Shown here: positions 13,371 to 26,900 of the stretch, piece by piece
Layout of the letters: each line of letters starts with the position of its first letter
How positions within the stretch are numbered: the first letter of the stretch is position 1
Origin: Eledone cirrhosa
Lineage: Eukaryota
Direction: 5' to 3'
Length of the DNA stretch: 64,000 bases
Assembly: GCA_964016885.1 (NCBI GenBank)
Contig: OZ024743.1
Span: forward strand, 269,886,001 to 269,950,000
Translations under genes and position numbers: made by a program
Notes under the pieces: model-generated
Database searches by the model: none
Told to the model about the DNA's origin: nothing
Seen by the model: only the letters and a program-made list of their open reading frames with translations

Positions 13371-16300
13371 TGATGTTGGTAGTAGTGTTTGAGGTGGTGT
13401 TGGTGTTAGCGGTGTTGGTAGTAGTGTTTGAGGTGGTGTTGATGTTAGTGGTGTTGGTAGTAGTGTTGGAGGTGGTGTTGATGTTAGTGGTTTTGGTAGT
13501 AGTGTTTGAGGTGGTGTTGATGTTAGTGGTGTTGGTAGTAGTGTTTGAGGTGGTGTTGATGTTAGTGGTGTTGGTAGTAGTGTTTGAGGTGGTGTTGATG
13601 TTAGTGGTGTTGGTAGTAGTGTTTGAGGTGGTGTTGATGTTAGTGGGGTTGGGGATAGTGTTTGAAGTGGTGTTGATGTTAGTGGTATTGGTAGTAGTGT
13701 TTGAGGTGGTGTTGATGTTAGTGGTATTGGTAGTAGTGTTTGAGGTGGTGTTGGTCTGAGTGGTGTTGGTAGTAGTGTTTGAGGAGGTGTTGATGTTACT
13801 GGTGTTGGTAGTAGTGTTTGAGGTGGTTTTGATGTTAGTGGTGTTGGTAGTAGTGTTTGAGGAGGTGTTGATGTTAGTGGTGTTGGTAGTAGTGTTTGAG
13901 GTGGTGTTGGTGTTAGTGGTGTTGGTAGTAGTGTTTGAGGTGTTGTTGGTGTTAGTGGTGTTGGTAGTAGTGTTTGAGGTGGTGTTGGTGTTAGTGGTGT
14001 TGGTAGTAGTGTTTGAGGTGGTGTTGATTTTAGTGGTCTTGGTAGTAGTGTTTGAGGTGGTGTTGATGTTAGTGGTGCTGGTAGTAGTGTTTGATGTGGT
14101 GTTGATGTTAGTGGTGTTGGTAGTAGTGTTTGAGGTGGTGTTGGTGTTAGTGGTGTTGGTAGTAGTGTTTGAGGTGGTGTTGGTGTTAGTGGTGTTGGTA
14201 GTAGTGTTTGAGGTGGTGTTGATGTTAGTGGTGTTGGTAGTAGAGTTTGAGGTGGTGTTGATGTTAGTGATGTTGGTAGTAGTGTTTGAGGTGGTGTTGG
14301 TGTTAGTGATGTTGGTAGTAGTGTTTGAGGTGGTGTTGATGTTAGTGATGTTGGTAGTAGTGTTTGAGGTGGTGTTGATGTTAGTGGTATTGGTAGTAGT
14401 GTTTGACGTGGTGTTGATGTTAGTGGTGTTGGTAGTAGTTTTTGATGTGGTATTGGCGTTAGTGGTGTTGGTAGTAGTGTTTGAGGTGGTGTTGATGTAA
14501 GTGGTGTTGGTAGTAGTGTTTGAGGTGGTGTTGATGTTAGTGGTGTTGGTAGTAGTGTTTGAGGTGGTGTTGATGTTAGTGGTGTTGGTAGTAGTGTTTG
14601 ACGTGGTGTTGATGTTAGTGGTGTTTGTAGTAGTGTTTGACGTGGTGTTGATGTTAGTGGTGTTGGTAGTAGTGTTTGAGGTGGTGTTGATGTTAGTGGT
14701 GTTGGTAGTAGTGTTTGAGGTGGTGTTGGTTTTAGTGGTGTTGGTAGTAGTGTTTGAGGTGGTGTTGATGTTAGTGGTGTTGGTAGTAGTGTTTGAGGTG
14801 GTGTTGATGTTAGTGGTGTTGGTAGTAGTGTTTGAGTTGGTGTTGATGTTAGTGGTGTTGGGGTAGTGTTTGAGGTGGTGTTGATGTTAGTGGTGTTGGT
14901 AGTAGTTTTTGAGGTGGTGTTGATGTTAGTGGTGTTGGTAGTAGTGTTTGAGGTGGTGTTGATGTTAGCGGTGTTGGTAGTAGTGTTTGAGGTGGTGTTG
15001 ATGTTAGTGGTGTAGGTAGTAGTTTTTGAGGTGGTGTTGATGTTAGTGGTGTTGGTAGTAGTGTTTGAGGTGGTGTTGATGTTAGTGGTGTTGGGAGTAG
15101 TGTTTGAGTTGGTGTTGATGTTAGTGGTGTTGGGGTAGTGTTTGAGGTGGTGTTGATGTTAGTGGTGTTGGTAGTAGTTTTTGAGGTGGTGTTGATGTTA
15201 GTGGTGTTGGTAGTAGTGTTTGAGGTGGTGTTGATGTTAGCGGTGTTGGTAGTAGTGTTTGAGGTGGTGTTGATGTTAGTGGTGTTGGTAGTAGTGTTTG
15301 AGGTGGTGTTGATGTTAGCGGTGTTGGTAGTAGTGTTTGAGGTGGTGTTGATGTTAGTGGTGTTGGTAGTAGTGTTTGACGTGGTGTTGATGTTAGTGGT
15401 GTTGGTAGTAGTGTTTGAGGAGGTGTTGATGTTAGTGGTGTTGGTAGTAGTGTTTGAGGTGGTGTTGATGTTAGTTGTGTTGGTAGTAGTGTTTGAGGTG
15501 GTGTTGGTGTTAGTGGTGTTGGTAGTAGTGTTTGAGGTGGTGTTGGTGTTAGTGGTGTTGGTAGTAGTGTTTGAGGAGGTGTTGATGTTAGTGGTGTTGG
15601 TAGTAGTTTTTGAGGAGGTGTTGATGTTAGTGGTGTTGGGGGTAGTGTTTGAGGTGGTGTTGATGATAGTGGTGTTGGTAGTAGTTTTTGAGGTGGTGTT
15701 GATGTTAGTGGTGTTGGTAGTAGTGTTTGACGTGGTGTTGATGTTAGTGGTGTTGGTAGTAGTGTTTGAGGTGGTGTTGATGTTAGCGGTGTTGGTAGTA
15801 GTGTTTGACGTGGTGTTGATGTTAGTGGTGTTGGTAGTAGTGTTTGAGGTGGTGTTGATGTTAGCGGTGTTGGTAGTAGTGTTTGAGGTGGTGTTGATGT
15901 TAGTGGTGTTGGTAGTAGTGTTGGAGGTGGTGTTGATGTTAGTGGTGTTGGTAGTAGTGTTTGAGGTGGTGTTGATGTTAGTGGTGTTGGTAGTAGTGTT
16001 TGAGGTGGTGTTGATGTTAGTGGTGTTGGTAGTAGTGTTTGACGTGGTGTTGATGTTAGTGGTGTTGGTAGTAGTGTTTGAGGTGGTGTTGATGTTAGCG
16101 GTGTTGGTAGTAGTGTTTGACGTGGTGTTGATGTTAGTGGTGTTGGTAGTAGTGTTTGAGGTGGTGTTGATGTTAGCGGTGTTGGTAGTAGTGTTTGAGG
16201 TGGTGTTGATGTTAGTGGTGTTGGTAGTAGTGTTGGAGGTGGTGTTGATGTTAGTGGTTTTGGTAGTAGTGTTTGAGGTGGTGTTGATGTTAGTGGTGTT

Positions 16301-17600
16301 GGTAGTAGTGTTTGAGGTGGTGTTGATGTTAGTGGTGTTGGTAGTAGTGTTTGAGGTGGTGTTGATGTTAGTGGTGTTGGTAGTAGTGTTTGAGGTGGTG
16401 TTGATGTTAGTGGGGTTGGGGATAGTGTTTGAAGTGGTGTTGATGTTAGTGGTATTGGTAGTAGTGTTTGAGGTGGTGTTGATGTTAGTGGTATTGGTAG
16501 TAGTGTTTGAGGTGGTGTTGGTCTGAGTGGTGTTGGTAGTAGTGTTTGAGGAGGTGTTGATGTTACTGGTGTTGGTAGTAGTGTTTGAGGTGGTTTTGAT
16601 GTTAGTGGTGTTGGTAGTAGTGTTTGAGGAGGTGTTGATGTTAGTGGTGTTGGTAGTAGTGTTTGAGGTGGTGTTGGTGTTAGTGGTGTTGGTAGTAGTG
16701 TTTGAGGTGTTGTTGGTGTTAGTGGTGTTGGTAGTAGTGTTTGAGGTGGTGTTGGTGTTAGTGGTGTTGGTAGTAGTGTTTGAGGTGGTGTTGATTTTAG
16801 TGGTCTTGGTAGTAGTGTTTGAGGTGGTGTTGATGTTAGTGGTGCTGGTAGTAGTGTTTGATGTGGTGTTGATGTTAGTGGTGTTGGTAGTAGTGTTTGA
16901 GGTGGTGTTGGTGTTAGTGGTGTTGGTAGTAGTGTTTGAGGTGGTGTTGGTGTTAGTGGTGTTGGTAGTAGTGTTTGAGGTGGTGTTGATGTTAGTGGTG
17001 TTGGTAGTAGAGTTTGAGGTGGTGTTGATGTTAGTGATGTTGGTAGTAGTGTTTGAGGTGGTGTTGGTGTTAGTGATGTTGGTAGTAGTGTTTGAGGTGG
17101 TGTTGATGTTAGTGATGTTGGTAGTAGTGTTTGAGGTGGTGTTGATGTTAGTGGTATTGGTAGTAGTGTTTGACGTGGTGTTGATGTTAGTGGTGTTGGT
17201 AGTAGTTTTTGATGTGGTATTGGCGTTAGTGGTGTTGGTAGTAGTGTTTGAGGTGGTGTTGATGTAAGTGGTGTTGGTAGTAGTGTTTGAGGTGGTGTTG
17301 ATGTTAGTGGTGTTGGTAGTAGTGTTTGAGGTGGTGTTGATGTTAGTGGTGTTGGTAGTAGTGTTTGACGTGGTGTTGATGTTAGTGGTGTTTGTAGTAG
17401 TGTTTGACGTGGTGTTGATGTTAGTGGTGTTGGTAGTAGTGTTTGAGGTGGTGTTGATGTTAGTGGTGTTGGTAGTAGTGTTTGAGGTGGTGTTGGTGTT
17501 AGTGGTGTTGGTAGTAGTGTTTGAGGTGGTGTTGATGTTAGTGGTGTTGGTAGTAGTGTTTGAGGTGGTGTTGATGTTAGTGGTGTTGGTAGTAGTGTTT
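11170..17600. repeat. Overlapping duplications with offsets 3664 bp (94 units) and 897 bp (23 units)
   Basis: 11474 to 15138 and 12862 to 16526 are both 3664 (94x39-2). 12862 to 13759 is 897 (23x39). The 462-aa ORF translations at 11474 and 15138 are nearly identical. Confidence 0.75.
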
Positions 17601-17959
17601 AACGTGGTGTTGATGTTAGTGGTGTTGGGGGTAGTGTTTGAGGTGGTGTTGATGTTAGTGGTGTTGGTAGTAGTGTTTGAGGTGGTGTTGGTGTTAGTGG
17701 TGTTGGTAGTAGTGTTTGAGGTGGTGTTGATTTTAGTGGTGTTGGTAGTAGTGTTTGAGGTGGTGTTGATGTTAGTGGTGTTGGTAGTAGTGTTTAACGT
17801 GGTGTTGATGTTAGTGGTGTTGGGGGTAGTGTTTGAGGTGGTGTTGATGTTAGTGGTGTTGGTAGTAGTGTTTGAGGTGGTGTTGATGTTAGTGGTGTTG
17901 GTAGTAGTGTTTGAGGTGGTGTTGATGTTAGTGGTGTTGGTAGTAGTGTTGGAGGTGGT

Positions 17960-20900
17960 GTTGATGTTAGTGGTGTTGGTAGTAGTGTTTGAGGTGGTGT
18001 TGATGTTAGTGGTGTTGGTAGTAGTGTTTGAGGTGGTGTTGATCTTAGTGGTGATGGTAGTAGTGTTTGAGGTGGTGTTGATGTTAGAGGTGTTGGTAGT
18101 AGTGTTTGAGGTGGTGTTGATGTTAGTGGGGTTGGGGGTAGTGTTTGATGTGGTGTTGATATTAGTGGTGTTGGTAGTAGTGTTTGAGGTGGTGTTGATC
18201 TTAGTGGTGTTGGTAGTAGTGTTTGAGGTGGTGTTGATGTTAGCGGTGTTGGTAGTAGTGTTTGGGGTGGTGTTGATGTTAGTGGTGTTGGTAGTAGTGT
18301 TTGGGGTGGTGTTGATGTTAGTGGTGTTGGGGTTAGTGTTTGAGGTGGTGTTGATGTTAGCGGTGTTGGTAGTAGTGTTTGAGGTGGTGTTGATATTAGT
18401 GGTGTTGGTAGTAATGTTTGAGGTGGTGTTGATGTTAGTGGTGTTGATAGTAGTGTTTGAGGTGGTGTTGGTGTTAGTGGTGTTGGTAGTAGTGTTTGAG
18501 GTGTTGTTGATGTTAGTGGTGTTGGTAGTAGTGTTTAATGTGGTGTTGATGTTAGTGGTGTTGGGGGTAGTGTTTGAGGTGGTGTTGATGTTAGTGGTGT
18601 TGGTAGTAGTGTTTGAGGTGGTGTTGATGTTAGTGGTGTTGGTAGTAGTGTTTGAGGTGGTGTTGATGTTAGTGGTGTTGGTAGTAGTGTTTGAGGTGGT
18701 GTTGATGTTAGTGGTGTTGGTAGTAGTGTTTGAGGTGGTGTTGATGTTAGTTGTGTTGGTAGTAATGTTTGAGGTGGTGTTGGTGTTAGTGGTGTTGGTA
18801 GTAGTGTTTGAGGTGGTGTTGGTGTTAGTGGTGTTGGTAGTAGTGTTTGAGGTGGTGTTGATGTTAGTGGTGTTGGGAGTAGTGTTTGAGTTGGTGTTGA
18901 TGTTAGTGGTGTTGGGGTAGTGTTTGAGGTGGTGTTGATGTTAGTGGTGTTGGTAGTAGTTTTTGAGGTGGTGTTGATGTAAGTGGTGTTGGTAGTAGTG
19001 TATGAGGTGGTGTTGATGTTAGCGGTGTTGGTAGTAGTGTTTGAGGTGGTGTTGATGTTAGTGGTGTAGGTAGTAGTTTTTGAGGTGGTGTTGATGTTAG
19101 TGGTGTTGGTAGTAGTGTTTGAGGTGGTGTTGATGTTAGTGGTGTTGGGAGTAGTGTTTGAGTTGGTGTTGATGTTAGTGGTGTTGGGTAGTGTTTGAGG
19201 TGGTGTTGATGTTAGTGGTGTTGGTAGTAGTTTTTGAGGTGGTGTTGATGTTAGTGGTGTTGGTAGTAGTGTTTGAGGTGGTGTTGATGTTAGCGGTGTT
19301 GGTAGTAGTGTTTGAGGTGGTGTTGATGTTAGTGGTGTTGGTAGTAGTGTTTGAGGTGGTGTTGATGTTAGCGGTGTTGGTAGTAGTGTTTGAGGTGGTG
19401 TTGATGTTAGTGGTGTTGGTAGTAGTGTTTGACGTGGTGTTGATGTTAGTGGTGTTGGTAGTAGTGTTTGAGGAGGTGTTGATGTTAGTGGTGTTGGTAG
19501 TAGTGTTTGAGGTGGTGTTGATGTTAGTTGTGTTGGTAGTAGTGTTTGAGGTGGTGTTGGTGTTAGTGGTGTTGGTAGTAGTGTTTGAGGTGGTGTTGGT
19601 GTTAGTGGTGTTGGTAGTAGTGTTTGAGGAGGTGTTGATGTTAGTGGTGTTGGTAGTAGTTTTTGAGGAGGTGTTGATGTTAGTGGTGTTGGGGGTAGTG
19701 TTTGAGGTGGTGTTGATGATAGTGGTGTTGGTAGTAGTTTTTGAGGTGGTGTTGATGTTAGTGGTGTTGGTAGTAGTGTTTGACGTGGTGTTGATGTTAG
19801 TGGTGTTGGTAGTAGTGTTTGAGGTGGTGTTGATGTTAGCGGTGTTGGTAGTAGTGTTTGACGTGGTGTTGATGTTAGTGGTGTTGGTAGTAATGTTTGA
19901 GGTGGTGTTGATGTTAGCGGTGTTGGTAGTAGTGTTTGAGGTGGTGTTGATGTTAGTGGTGTTGGTAGTAGTGTTGGAGGTGGTGTTGATGTTAGTGGTG
20001 TTGGTAGTAGTGTTTGAGGTGGTGTTGATGTTAGTGGTGTTGGTAGTAGTGTTTGAGGTGGTGTTGATGTTAGTGGTGTTGGTAGTAGTGTTTGAGGTGG
20101 TGTTGATGTTAGTGGTGTTGGTAGTAGTGTTTGAGTTGGTGTTGATGTTAGTGGGGTTGGGGGTAGTGTTTGAAGTGGTGCTGATGTTAGTGGTGTTGGT
20201 AGTAGTGTTTGAGGTGTTGTTGATGTTAGTGGTGTTGGTAGTAATGTTTGAGGTGGTGTTGATGTTAGTGGTATTGGTAGTAGTGTTTGAGGTGGTGTTG
20301 GTCTGAGTGGTGTTGGTAGTAGTGTTTGAGGAGGTGTTGATGTTAGTGGTGTTGGTAGTAGTGTTTGAGGTGGTTTTGATGCTAGTGGTGTTGGTAGTAG
20401 TGTTTGAGGAGGTGTTGATGTTAGTGGTGTTGGTAGTAGTGTTTGAGGTGGTGTTGGTGTTAGTGGTGTTGGTAGTAGTGTTTGAGGTGGTGTTGGTGTT
20501 AGTGGTGTTGGTAGTAGTGTTTGAGGTGGTGTTGGTGTTAGTGGTGTTGGTAGTAGTGTTTGAGGTGGTGTTGATGTTAGTGGTGTTGGTAGTAGAGTTT
20601 GAGGTGGTGTTGATGTTAGTGATGTTGGTAGTAGTGTTTGAGGTGGTGTTGGTGTTAGTGATGTTGGTAGTAGTGTTTGAGGTGGTGTCGATGTTAGTGA
20701 TGTTGGTAGTAGTGTTTGAGGTGGTGTTGATCTTAGTGGTGATGGTAGTAGTGTTTGAGGTGGTGTTGATGTTAGAGGTGTTGGTAGTAGTGTTTGAGGT
20801 GGTGTTGATGTTAGTGGGGTTGGGGGTAGTGTTTGAAGTGGTGTTGATATTAGTGGTGTTGGTAGTAGTGTTTGAGGTGGTGTTGATCTTAGTGGTGTTG

Positions 20901-23900
20901 GTAGTAGTGTTTGAGGTGGTGTTGATGTTAGCGGTGTTGGTAGTAGTGTTTGGGGTGGTGTTGATGTTAGTGGTGTTGGTAGTAGTGTTTGGGGTGGTGT
21001 TGATGTTAGTGGTGTTGGGGTTAGTGTTTGAGGTGGTGTTGATGTTAGCGGTGTTGGTAGTAGTGTTTGAGGTGGTGTTGATATTAGTGGTGTTGGTAGT
21101 AATGTTTGAGGTGGTGTTGATGTTAGTGGTGTTGATAGTAGTGTTTGAGGTGGTGTTGGTGTTAGCGGTGTTGGTAGTAGTGTTTGAGGTGTTGTTGATG
21201 TTAGTGGTGTTGGTAGTAGTGTTTGAGGTGGTGTTGGTGTTAGCGGTGTTGGTAGTAGTGTTTGAGGTGGTGTTGATGTTAGTGGTGTTGGTAGTAGTGT
21301 TTGAGGTGTTGTTGATGTTAGTGGTGTTGATAGTAGTGTTTGAGGTGGTGTTGGTGTTAGCGGTGTTGGTAGTAGTGTTTGAGGTGGTGTTGATGTTAGT
21401 GGTGTTGGTAGTAGTGTTTGAGGTGTTGTTGATGTTAGTGGTGTTGGTAGTAGTGTTTAACGTGGTGTTGATGTTAGTGGTGTTGGGGGTAGTGTTTGAG
21501 GTGGTGTTGATGTTAGTGGTGTTGGTAGTAGTGTTTGAGGTGGTGTTGATGTTAGTGGTGTTGGTAGTAGTGTTTGAGGTGGTGTTGATGTTAGTGGTGT
21601 TGGTAGTAGTGTTTGAGGTGGTGTTGATGTTAGTGGTGTTGGTAGTAGTGTTTGAGGTGGTGTTGATGTTAGTTGTGTTGGTAGTAGTGTTTGAGGTGGT
21701 GTTGGTGTTAGTGGTGTTGGTAGTAGTGTTTGAGGTGGTGTTGGTGTTAGTGGTGTTGGGAGTAGTGTTTGAGTTGGTGTTGATGTTAGTGGTGTTGGGG
21801 TAGTGTTTGAGGTGGTGTTGATGTTAGTGGTGTTGGTAGTAGTTTTTGAGGTGGTGTTGATGTTAGTGGTGTTGGTAGTAGTGTTTGACGTGGTGTTCAT
21901 GTTAGTGGTGTTGGTAGTAGTGTTTGAGGAGGTGTTGATGTTAGTGGTGTTGGTAGTAGTGTTTGAGGTGGTGTTGATGTTAGTTGTGTTGGTAGTAGTG
22001 TTTGAGGTGGTGTTGGTGTTAGTGGTGTTGGTAGTAGTGTTTGAGGTGGTGTTGGTGTTAGTGGTGTTGGTAGTAGTGTTTGAGGAGGTGTTGATGTTAG
22101 TGTGTTGGTAGTAGTTTTTGAGGAGGTGTTGATGTTAGTGGTGTTGGGGGTAGTGTTTGAGGTGGTGTTGATGATAGTGGTGTTGGTAGTAGTTTTTGAG
22201 GTGGTGTTGATGTTAGTGGTGTTGGTAGTAGTGTTTGACGTGGTGTTGATGTTAGTGGTGTTGGTAGTAGTGTTTGAGGTGGTGTTGATGTTAGCGGTGT
22301 TGGTAGTAGTGTTTGACGTGGTGTTGATGTTAGTGGTGTTGGTAGTAGTGTTTGAGGTGGTGTTGATGTTAGCGGTGTTGGTAGTAGTGTTTGAGGTGGT
22401 GTTGATGTTAGTGGTGTTGGTAGTAGTGTTTGAGGTGGTGTTGGTGTTAGTGGTGTTGGTAGTAGTGTTTGAGGTGGTGTTGGTGTTAGTGGTGTTGGTA
22501 GTAGTGTTTGAGGTGGTGTTGATGTTAGTGGTGTTGGTAGTAGTGTTTGAGGTGGTGTTGGTGTTAGTGATGTTGGTAGTAGTGTTTGAGGTGGTGTTGA
22601 TGTTAGTGGTGTTGGTAGTAGTGTTTGAGGTGGTGTTGATGTTAGTGGTGTTGGTAGTAGTGTTTGAGGTGGTGTTGATGTTAGCGGTGTTGGTAGTAGT
22701 GTTTGAGGTGGTGTCGATGTTAGTGATGTTGGTAGTAGTGTTTGAGGTGGTGTTGATGTTAGTGATGTTGGTAGTAGTGTTTGAGGTGGTGTTGATGTTA
22801 GCGGTGTTGGTAGTAGTGTTTGAGGTGGTGTTGATGTTAGTGGTGTTGGTAGTAGTGTTTGAGGTGTTGTTGATGTTAGCGGTGTTGGTAGTAGTGTTTG
22901 AGGTGGTGTCGATGTTAGTGATGTTGGTAGTAGTGTTTGAGGTGGTGTTAATCTTAGTGGTGATGGTAGTAGTGTTTGAGGTGGTGTTGATGTTAGAGGT
23001 GTTGGTAGTAGTGTTTGAGGTGGTGTTGATGTTAGTGGGGTTGGGGGTAGTGTTTGAAGTGGTGTTGATATTAGTGGTGTTGTTAGTAGTGTTTGAGGTG
23101 GTGTTGATCTTAGTGGTGTTGGTAGTAGTGTTTGAGGTGGTGTTGATGTTAGCGGTGTTGGTAGTAGTGTTTGGGGTGGTGTTGATGTTAGTGGTGTTGG
23201 GGTTAGTGTTTGAGGTGGTGTTGATGTTAGTGGTGTTGGTAGTAGTGTTAGTGGTGGTGTTGATGTTAGTGGTGTTGGTAGTAGTGTTTGGGGTGGTGTT
23301 GATGTTAGTGGTGTTGGGGTTAGTGTTTGAGGTGGTGTTGATGTTAGTGGTGTTGGTAGTAGTGTTAGTGGTGGTGTTGATGTTAGTGGTGTTGGTAGTA
23401 GTGTTTGGGGTGGTGTTGATGTTAGTGGTGTTGGGGTTAGTGTTTGAGGTGGTGTTGATGTTAGCGGTGTTGGTAGTAGTGTTTGAGGTGGTGTTGATAT
23501 TAGTGGTGTTGGTAGTAATGTTTGAGGTGGTGTTGATGTTAGTGGTGTTGGTAGTAGTGTTTGAGGTGGTGTTGATGTTAGTGGTGTTGGTAGTAGTGTT
23601 TGAGGTGGTGTTGATCTTAGTGGTGATGGTAGTAGTGTTTGAGGTGGTGTTGATGTTAGAGGTGTTGGTAGTAGTGTTTGAGGTGGTGTTGATGTTAGTG
23701 GGGTTGGGGGTAGTGTTTGATGTGGTGTTGATATTAGTGGTGTTGGTAGTAGTGTTTGAGGTGGTGTTGATCTTAGTGGTGTTGGTAGTAGTGTTTGAGG
23801 TGGTGTTGATGTTAGCGGTGTTGGTAGTAGTGTTTGGGGTGGTGTTGATGTTAGTGGTGTTGGTAGTAGTGTTTGGGGTGGTGTTGATGTTAGTGGTGTT

Positions 23901-26900
23901 GGGGTTAGTGTTTGAGGTGGTGTTGATGTTAGCGGTGTTGGTAGTAGTGTTTGAGGTGGTGTTGATATTAGTGGTGTTGGTAGTAATGTTTGAGGTGGTG
24001 TTGATGTTAGTGGTGTTGATAGTAGTGTTTGAGGTGGTGTTGGTGTTAGTGGTGTTGGTAGTAGTGTTTGAGGTGTTGTTGATGTTAGTGGTGTTGGTAG
24101 TAGTGTTTAATGTGGTGTTGATGTTAGTGGTGTTGGGGGTAGTGTTTGAGGTGGTGTTGATGTTAGTGGTGTTGGTAGTAGTGTTTGAGGTGGTGTTGAT
24201 GTTAGTGGTGTTGGTAGTAGTGTTTGAGGTGGTGTTGATGTTAGTGGTGTTGGTAGTAGTGTTTGAGGTGGTGTTGATGTTAGTGGTGTTGGTAGTAGTG
24301 TTTGAGGTGGTGTTGATGTTAGTTGTGTTGGTAGTAATGTTTGAGGTGGTGTTGGTGTTAGTGGTGTTGGTAGTAGTGTTTGAGGTGGTGTTGGTGTTAG
24401 TGGTGTTGGTAGTAGTGTTTGAGGTGGTGTTGATGTTAGTGGTGTTGGGAGTAGTGTTTGAGTTGGTGTTGATGTTAGTGGTGTTGGGGTAGTGTTTGAG
24501 GTGGTGTTGATGTTAGTGGTGTTGGTAGTAGTTTTTGAGGTGGTGTTGATGTAAGTGGTGTTGGTAGTAGTGTATGAGGTGGTGTTGATGTTAGCGGTGT
24601 TGGTAGTAGTGTTTGAGGTGGTGTTGATGTTAGTGGTGTAGGTAGTAGTTTTTGAGGTGGTGTTGATGTTAGTGGTGTTGGTAGTAGTGTTTGAGGTGGT
24701 GTTGATGTTAGTGGTGTTGGGAGTAGTGTTTGAGTTGGTGTTGATGTTAGTGGTGTTGGGTAGTGTTTGAGGTGGTGTTGATGTTAGTGGTGTTGGTAGT
24801 AGTTTTTGAGGTGGTGTTGATGTTAGTGGTGTTGGTAGTAGTGTTTGAGGTGGTGTTGATGTTAGCGGTGTTGGTAGTAGTGTTTGAGGTGGTGTTGATG
24901 TTAGTGGTGTTGGTAGTAGTGTTTGAGGTGGTGTTGATGTTAGCGGTGTTGGTAGTAGTGTTTGAGGTGGTGTTGATGTTAGTGGTGTTGGTAGTAGTGT
25001 TTGACGTGGTGTTGATGTTAGTGGTGTTGGTAGTAGTGTTTGAGGAGGTGTTGATGTTAGTGGTGTTGGTAGTAGTGTTTGAGGTGGTGTTGATGTTAGT
25101 TGTGTTGGTAGTAGTGTTTGAGGTGGTGTTGGTGTTAGTGGTGTTGGTAGTAGTGTTTGAGGTGGTGTTGGTGTTAGTGGTGTTGGTAGTAGTGTTTGAG
25201 GAGGTGTTGATGTTAGTGGTGTTGGTAGTAGTTTTTGAGGAGGTGTTGATGTTAGTGGTGTTGGGGGTAGTGTTTGAGGTGGTGTTGATGATAGTGGTGT
25301 TGGTAGTAGTTTTTGAGGTGGTGTTGATGTTAGTGGTGTTGGTAGTAGTGTTTGACGTGGTGTTGATGTTAGTGGTGTTGGTAGTAGTGTTTGAGGTGGT
25401 GTTGATGTTAGCGGTGTTGGTAGTAGTGTTTGACGTGGTGTTGATGTTAGTGGTGTTGGTAGTAGTGTTTGAGGTGGTGTTGATGTTAGCGGTGTTGGTA
25501 GTAGTGTTTGAGGTGGTGTTGATGTTAGTGGTGTTGGTAGTAGTGTTGGAGGTGGTGTTGATGTTAGTGGTGTTGGTAGTAGTGTTTGAGGTGGTGTTGA
25601 TGTTAGTGGTGTTGGTAGTAGTGTTTGAGGTGGTGTTGATGTTAGTGGTGTTGGTAGTAGTGTTTGAGGTGGTGTTGATGTTAGTGGTGTTGGTAGTAGT
25701 GTTTGAGTTGGTGTTGATGTTAGTGGGGTTGGGGGTAGTGTTTGAAGTGGTGCTGATGTTAGTGGTGTTGGTAGTAGTGTTTGAGGTGTTGTTGATGTTA
25801 GTGGTGTTGGTAGTAATGTTTGAGGTGGTGTTGATGTTAGTGGTATTGGTAGTAGTGTTTGAGGTGGTGTTGGTCTGAGTGGTGTTGGTAGTAGTGTTTG
25901 AGGAGGTGTTGATGTTAGTGGTGTTGGTAGTAGTGTTTGAGGTGGTTTTGATGCTAGTGGTGTTGGTAGTAGTGTTTGAGGAGGTGTTGATGTTAGTGGT
26001 GTTGGTAGTAGTGTTTGAGGTGGTGTTGGTGTTAGTGGTGTTGGTAGTAGTGTTTGAGGTGGTGTTGGTGTTAGTGGTGTTGGTAGTAGTGTTTGAGGTG
26101 GTGTTGGTGTTAGTGGTGTTGGTAGTAGTGTTTGAGGTGGTGTTGATGTTAGTGGTGTTGGTAGTAGAGTTTGAGGTGGTGTTGATGTTAGTGATGTTGG
26201 TAGTAGTGTTTGAGGTGGTGTTGGTGTTAGTGATGTTGGTAGTAGTGTTTGAGGTGGTGTCGATGTTAGTGATGTTGGTAGTAGTGTTTGAGGTGGTGTT
26301 GATCTTAGTGGTGATGGTAGTAGTGTTTGAGGTGGTGTTGATGTTAGAGGTGTTGGTAGTAGTGTTTGAGGTGGTGTTGATGTTAGTGGGGTTGGGGGTA
26401 GTGTTTGAAGTGGTGTTGATATTAGTGGTGTTGGTAGTAGTGTTTGAGGTGGTGTTGATCTTAGTGGTGTTGGTAGTAGTGTTTGAGGTGGTGTTGATGT
26501 TAGCGGTGTTGGTAGTAGTGTTTGGGGTGGTGTTGATGTTAGTGGTGTTGGTAGTAGTGTTTGGGGTGGTGTTGATGTTAGTGGTGTTGGGGTTAGTGTT
26601 TGAGGTGGTGTTGATGTTAGCGGTGTTGGTAGTAGTGTTTGAGGTGGTGTTGATATTAGTGGTGTTGGTAGTAATGTTTGAGGTGGTGTTGATGTTAGTG
26701 GTGTTGATAGTAGTGTTTGAGGTGGTGTTGGTGTTAGCGGTGTTGGTAGTAGTGTTTGAGGTGTTGTTGATGTTAGTGGTGTTGGTAGTAGTGTTTGAGG
26801 TGGTGTTGGTGTTAGCGGTGTTGGTAGTAGTGTTTGAGGTGGTGTTGATGTTAGTGGTGTTGGTAGTAGTGTTTGAGGTGTTGTTGATGTTAGTGGTGTT

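Noticed and set aside
21457-21900. Programmed frameshifting or phase variation between the Thr/Asn and Pro/Thr frames at G-runs
   Set aside because: A second -1 shift enters the frame with TAA in every unit, the runs are only 3-5 nt, and no gene context is visible.
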